Below are positions 63,484 through 64,000 of a stretch of 64,000 nucleotides of DNA, piece after piece. The DNA comes from Flaccisagitta enflata (lineage: Eukaryota), in the NCBI GenBank assembly GCA_965153355.1, contig OZ231126.1, positions 11,098,001 to 11,162,000 on the forward strand. The letters run 5' to 3'. The position numbers and the translations under genes are program-made. The notes beneath the pieces were generated by a model. That model saw nothing but the letters and a program-made list of their open reading frames with translations. It ran no database searches and was not told the DNA's origin. How positions within the stretch are numbered: position 1 is the stretch's first letter; each line of letters opens with the position of its first letter.

Positions 63484-64000
63484 CGTCCGTCCATCTGTCC
63501 GTCCGTCTATCCTTCTGTCCGTCCATCTGTCCGTCCATCTGTCCGTCCGTCCATCTGTGCGTCCGTCCGTCCATCCGTCCATTCGTTTGTCCGTCTGTCC
63601 ATCTGTCCCTCCGTCCGACCGTTGGTAATGATCAAATCGAATAGTGGAAAAACTAGTGTTTTGGATACTTTTTGTGTAAGTTGGCGTGTGAAAGGTAGGA
63701 TTGCGGTGGGATGGGGATAAGAGGCCCCTGCCCACCCGTCCGCAATAATATTGTGACCCCGCGTCACTTGTTTTTCTTTTTTTTTCATACTTCTTGTTTC
63801 ATTCTTCTCCTCCCCTTTTTAGTTGCGGACATGCAATTCTACATGAGGCTTTGTCTGCCCGTCCGGCGTCTGTTGAGTAATCTCCGCAAAAATCGACCCG
63901 CATCGGACAGACTGACCGAGACCCCTTCCTGCATCGTGAACCGATATCCGGAGTGCAACACCGAGACAGACAGACGAGACAGACAGACAGACAAACAGAC

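Overview
Repeat-dense eukaryotic, probably animal (invertebrate-like), genomic DNA made almost entirely of nested transposable elements, microsatellites and minisatellites, with a few host exon-like fragments. No rRNA, tRNA or CRISPR was recognised. Main contents: (1) An intact two-ORF non-LTR retrotransposon (minus strand, 9194-14749). Its SGNH-esterase ORF1 and APE-RT ORF2 are in the same frame, separated by one TGA, with no AUG before the endonuclease start. (2) A decayed L1/Tx1-like retrotransposon (minus, ~24826-36400) with an unusual zinc-knuckle + SGNH-esterase ORF1 and a deleted RT, interrupted by three TSD-flanked insertions. (3) Three non-autonomous DNA elements with CAC...GTG ends and 5-bp TSDs (Transib/RAG-like) whose ends resemble V(D)J recombination signals: 12/12 spacers at 19085-19326, 23/23 at 26922-29963 and an asymmetric 12/22 pair at 32656-33750. 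The 12/22 element carries 8 tandem copies of its own right end. (4) hAT-like, MULE-like, TA-TSD and PIF-like MITEs, including a 2.85-kb foldback. (5) At least 15 DINE-1/HINE-like elements in four or more families. (6) Exons of an LDLa-containing membrane protein and other unassigned fragments. Family and clade assignments come from motif recognition by eye only.
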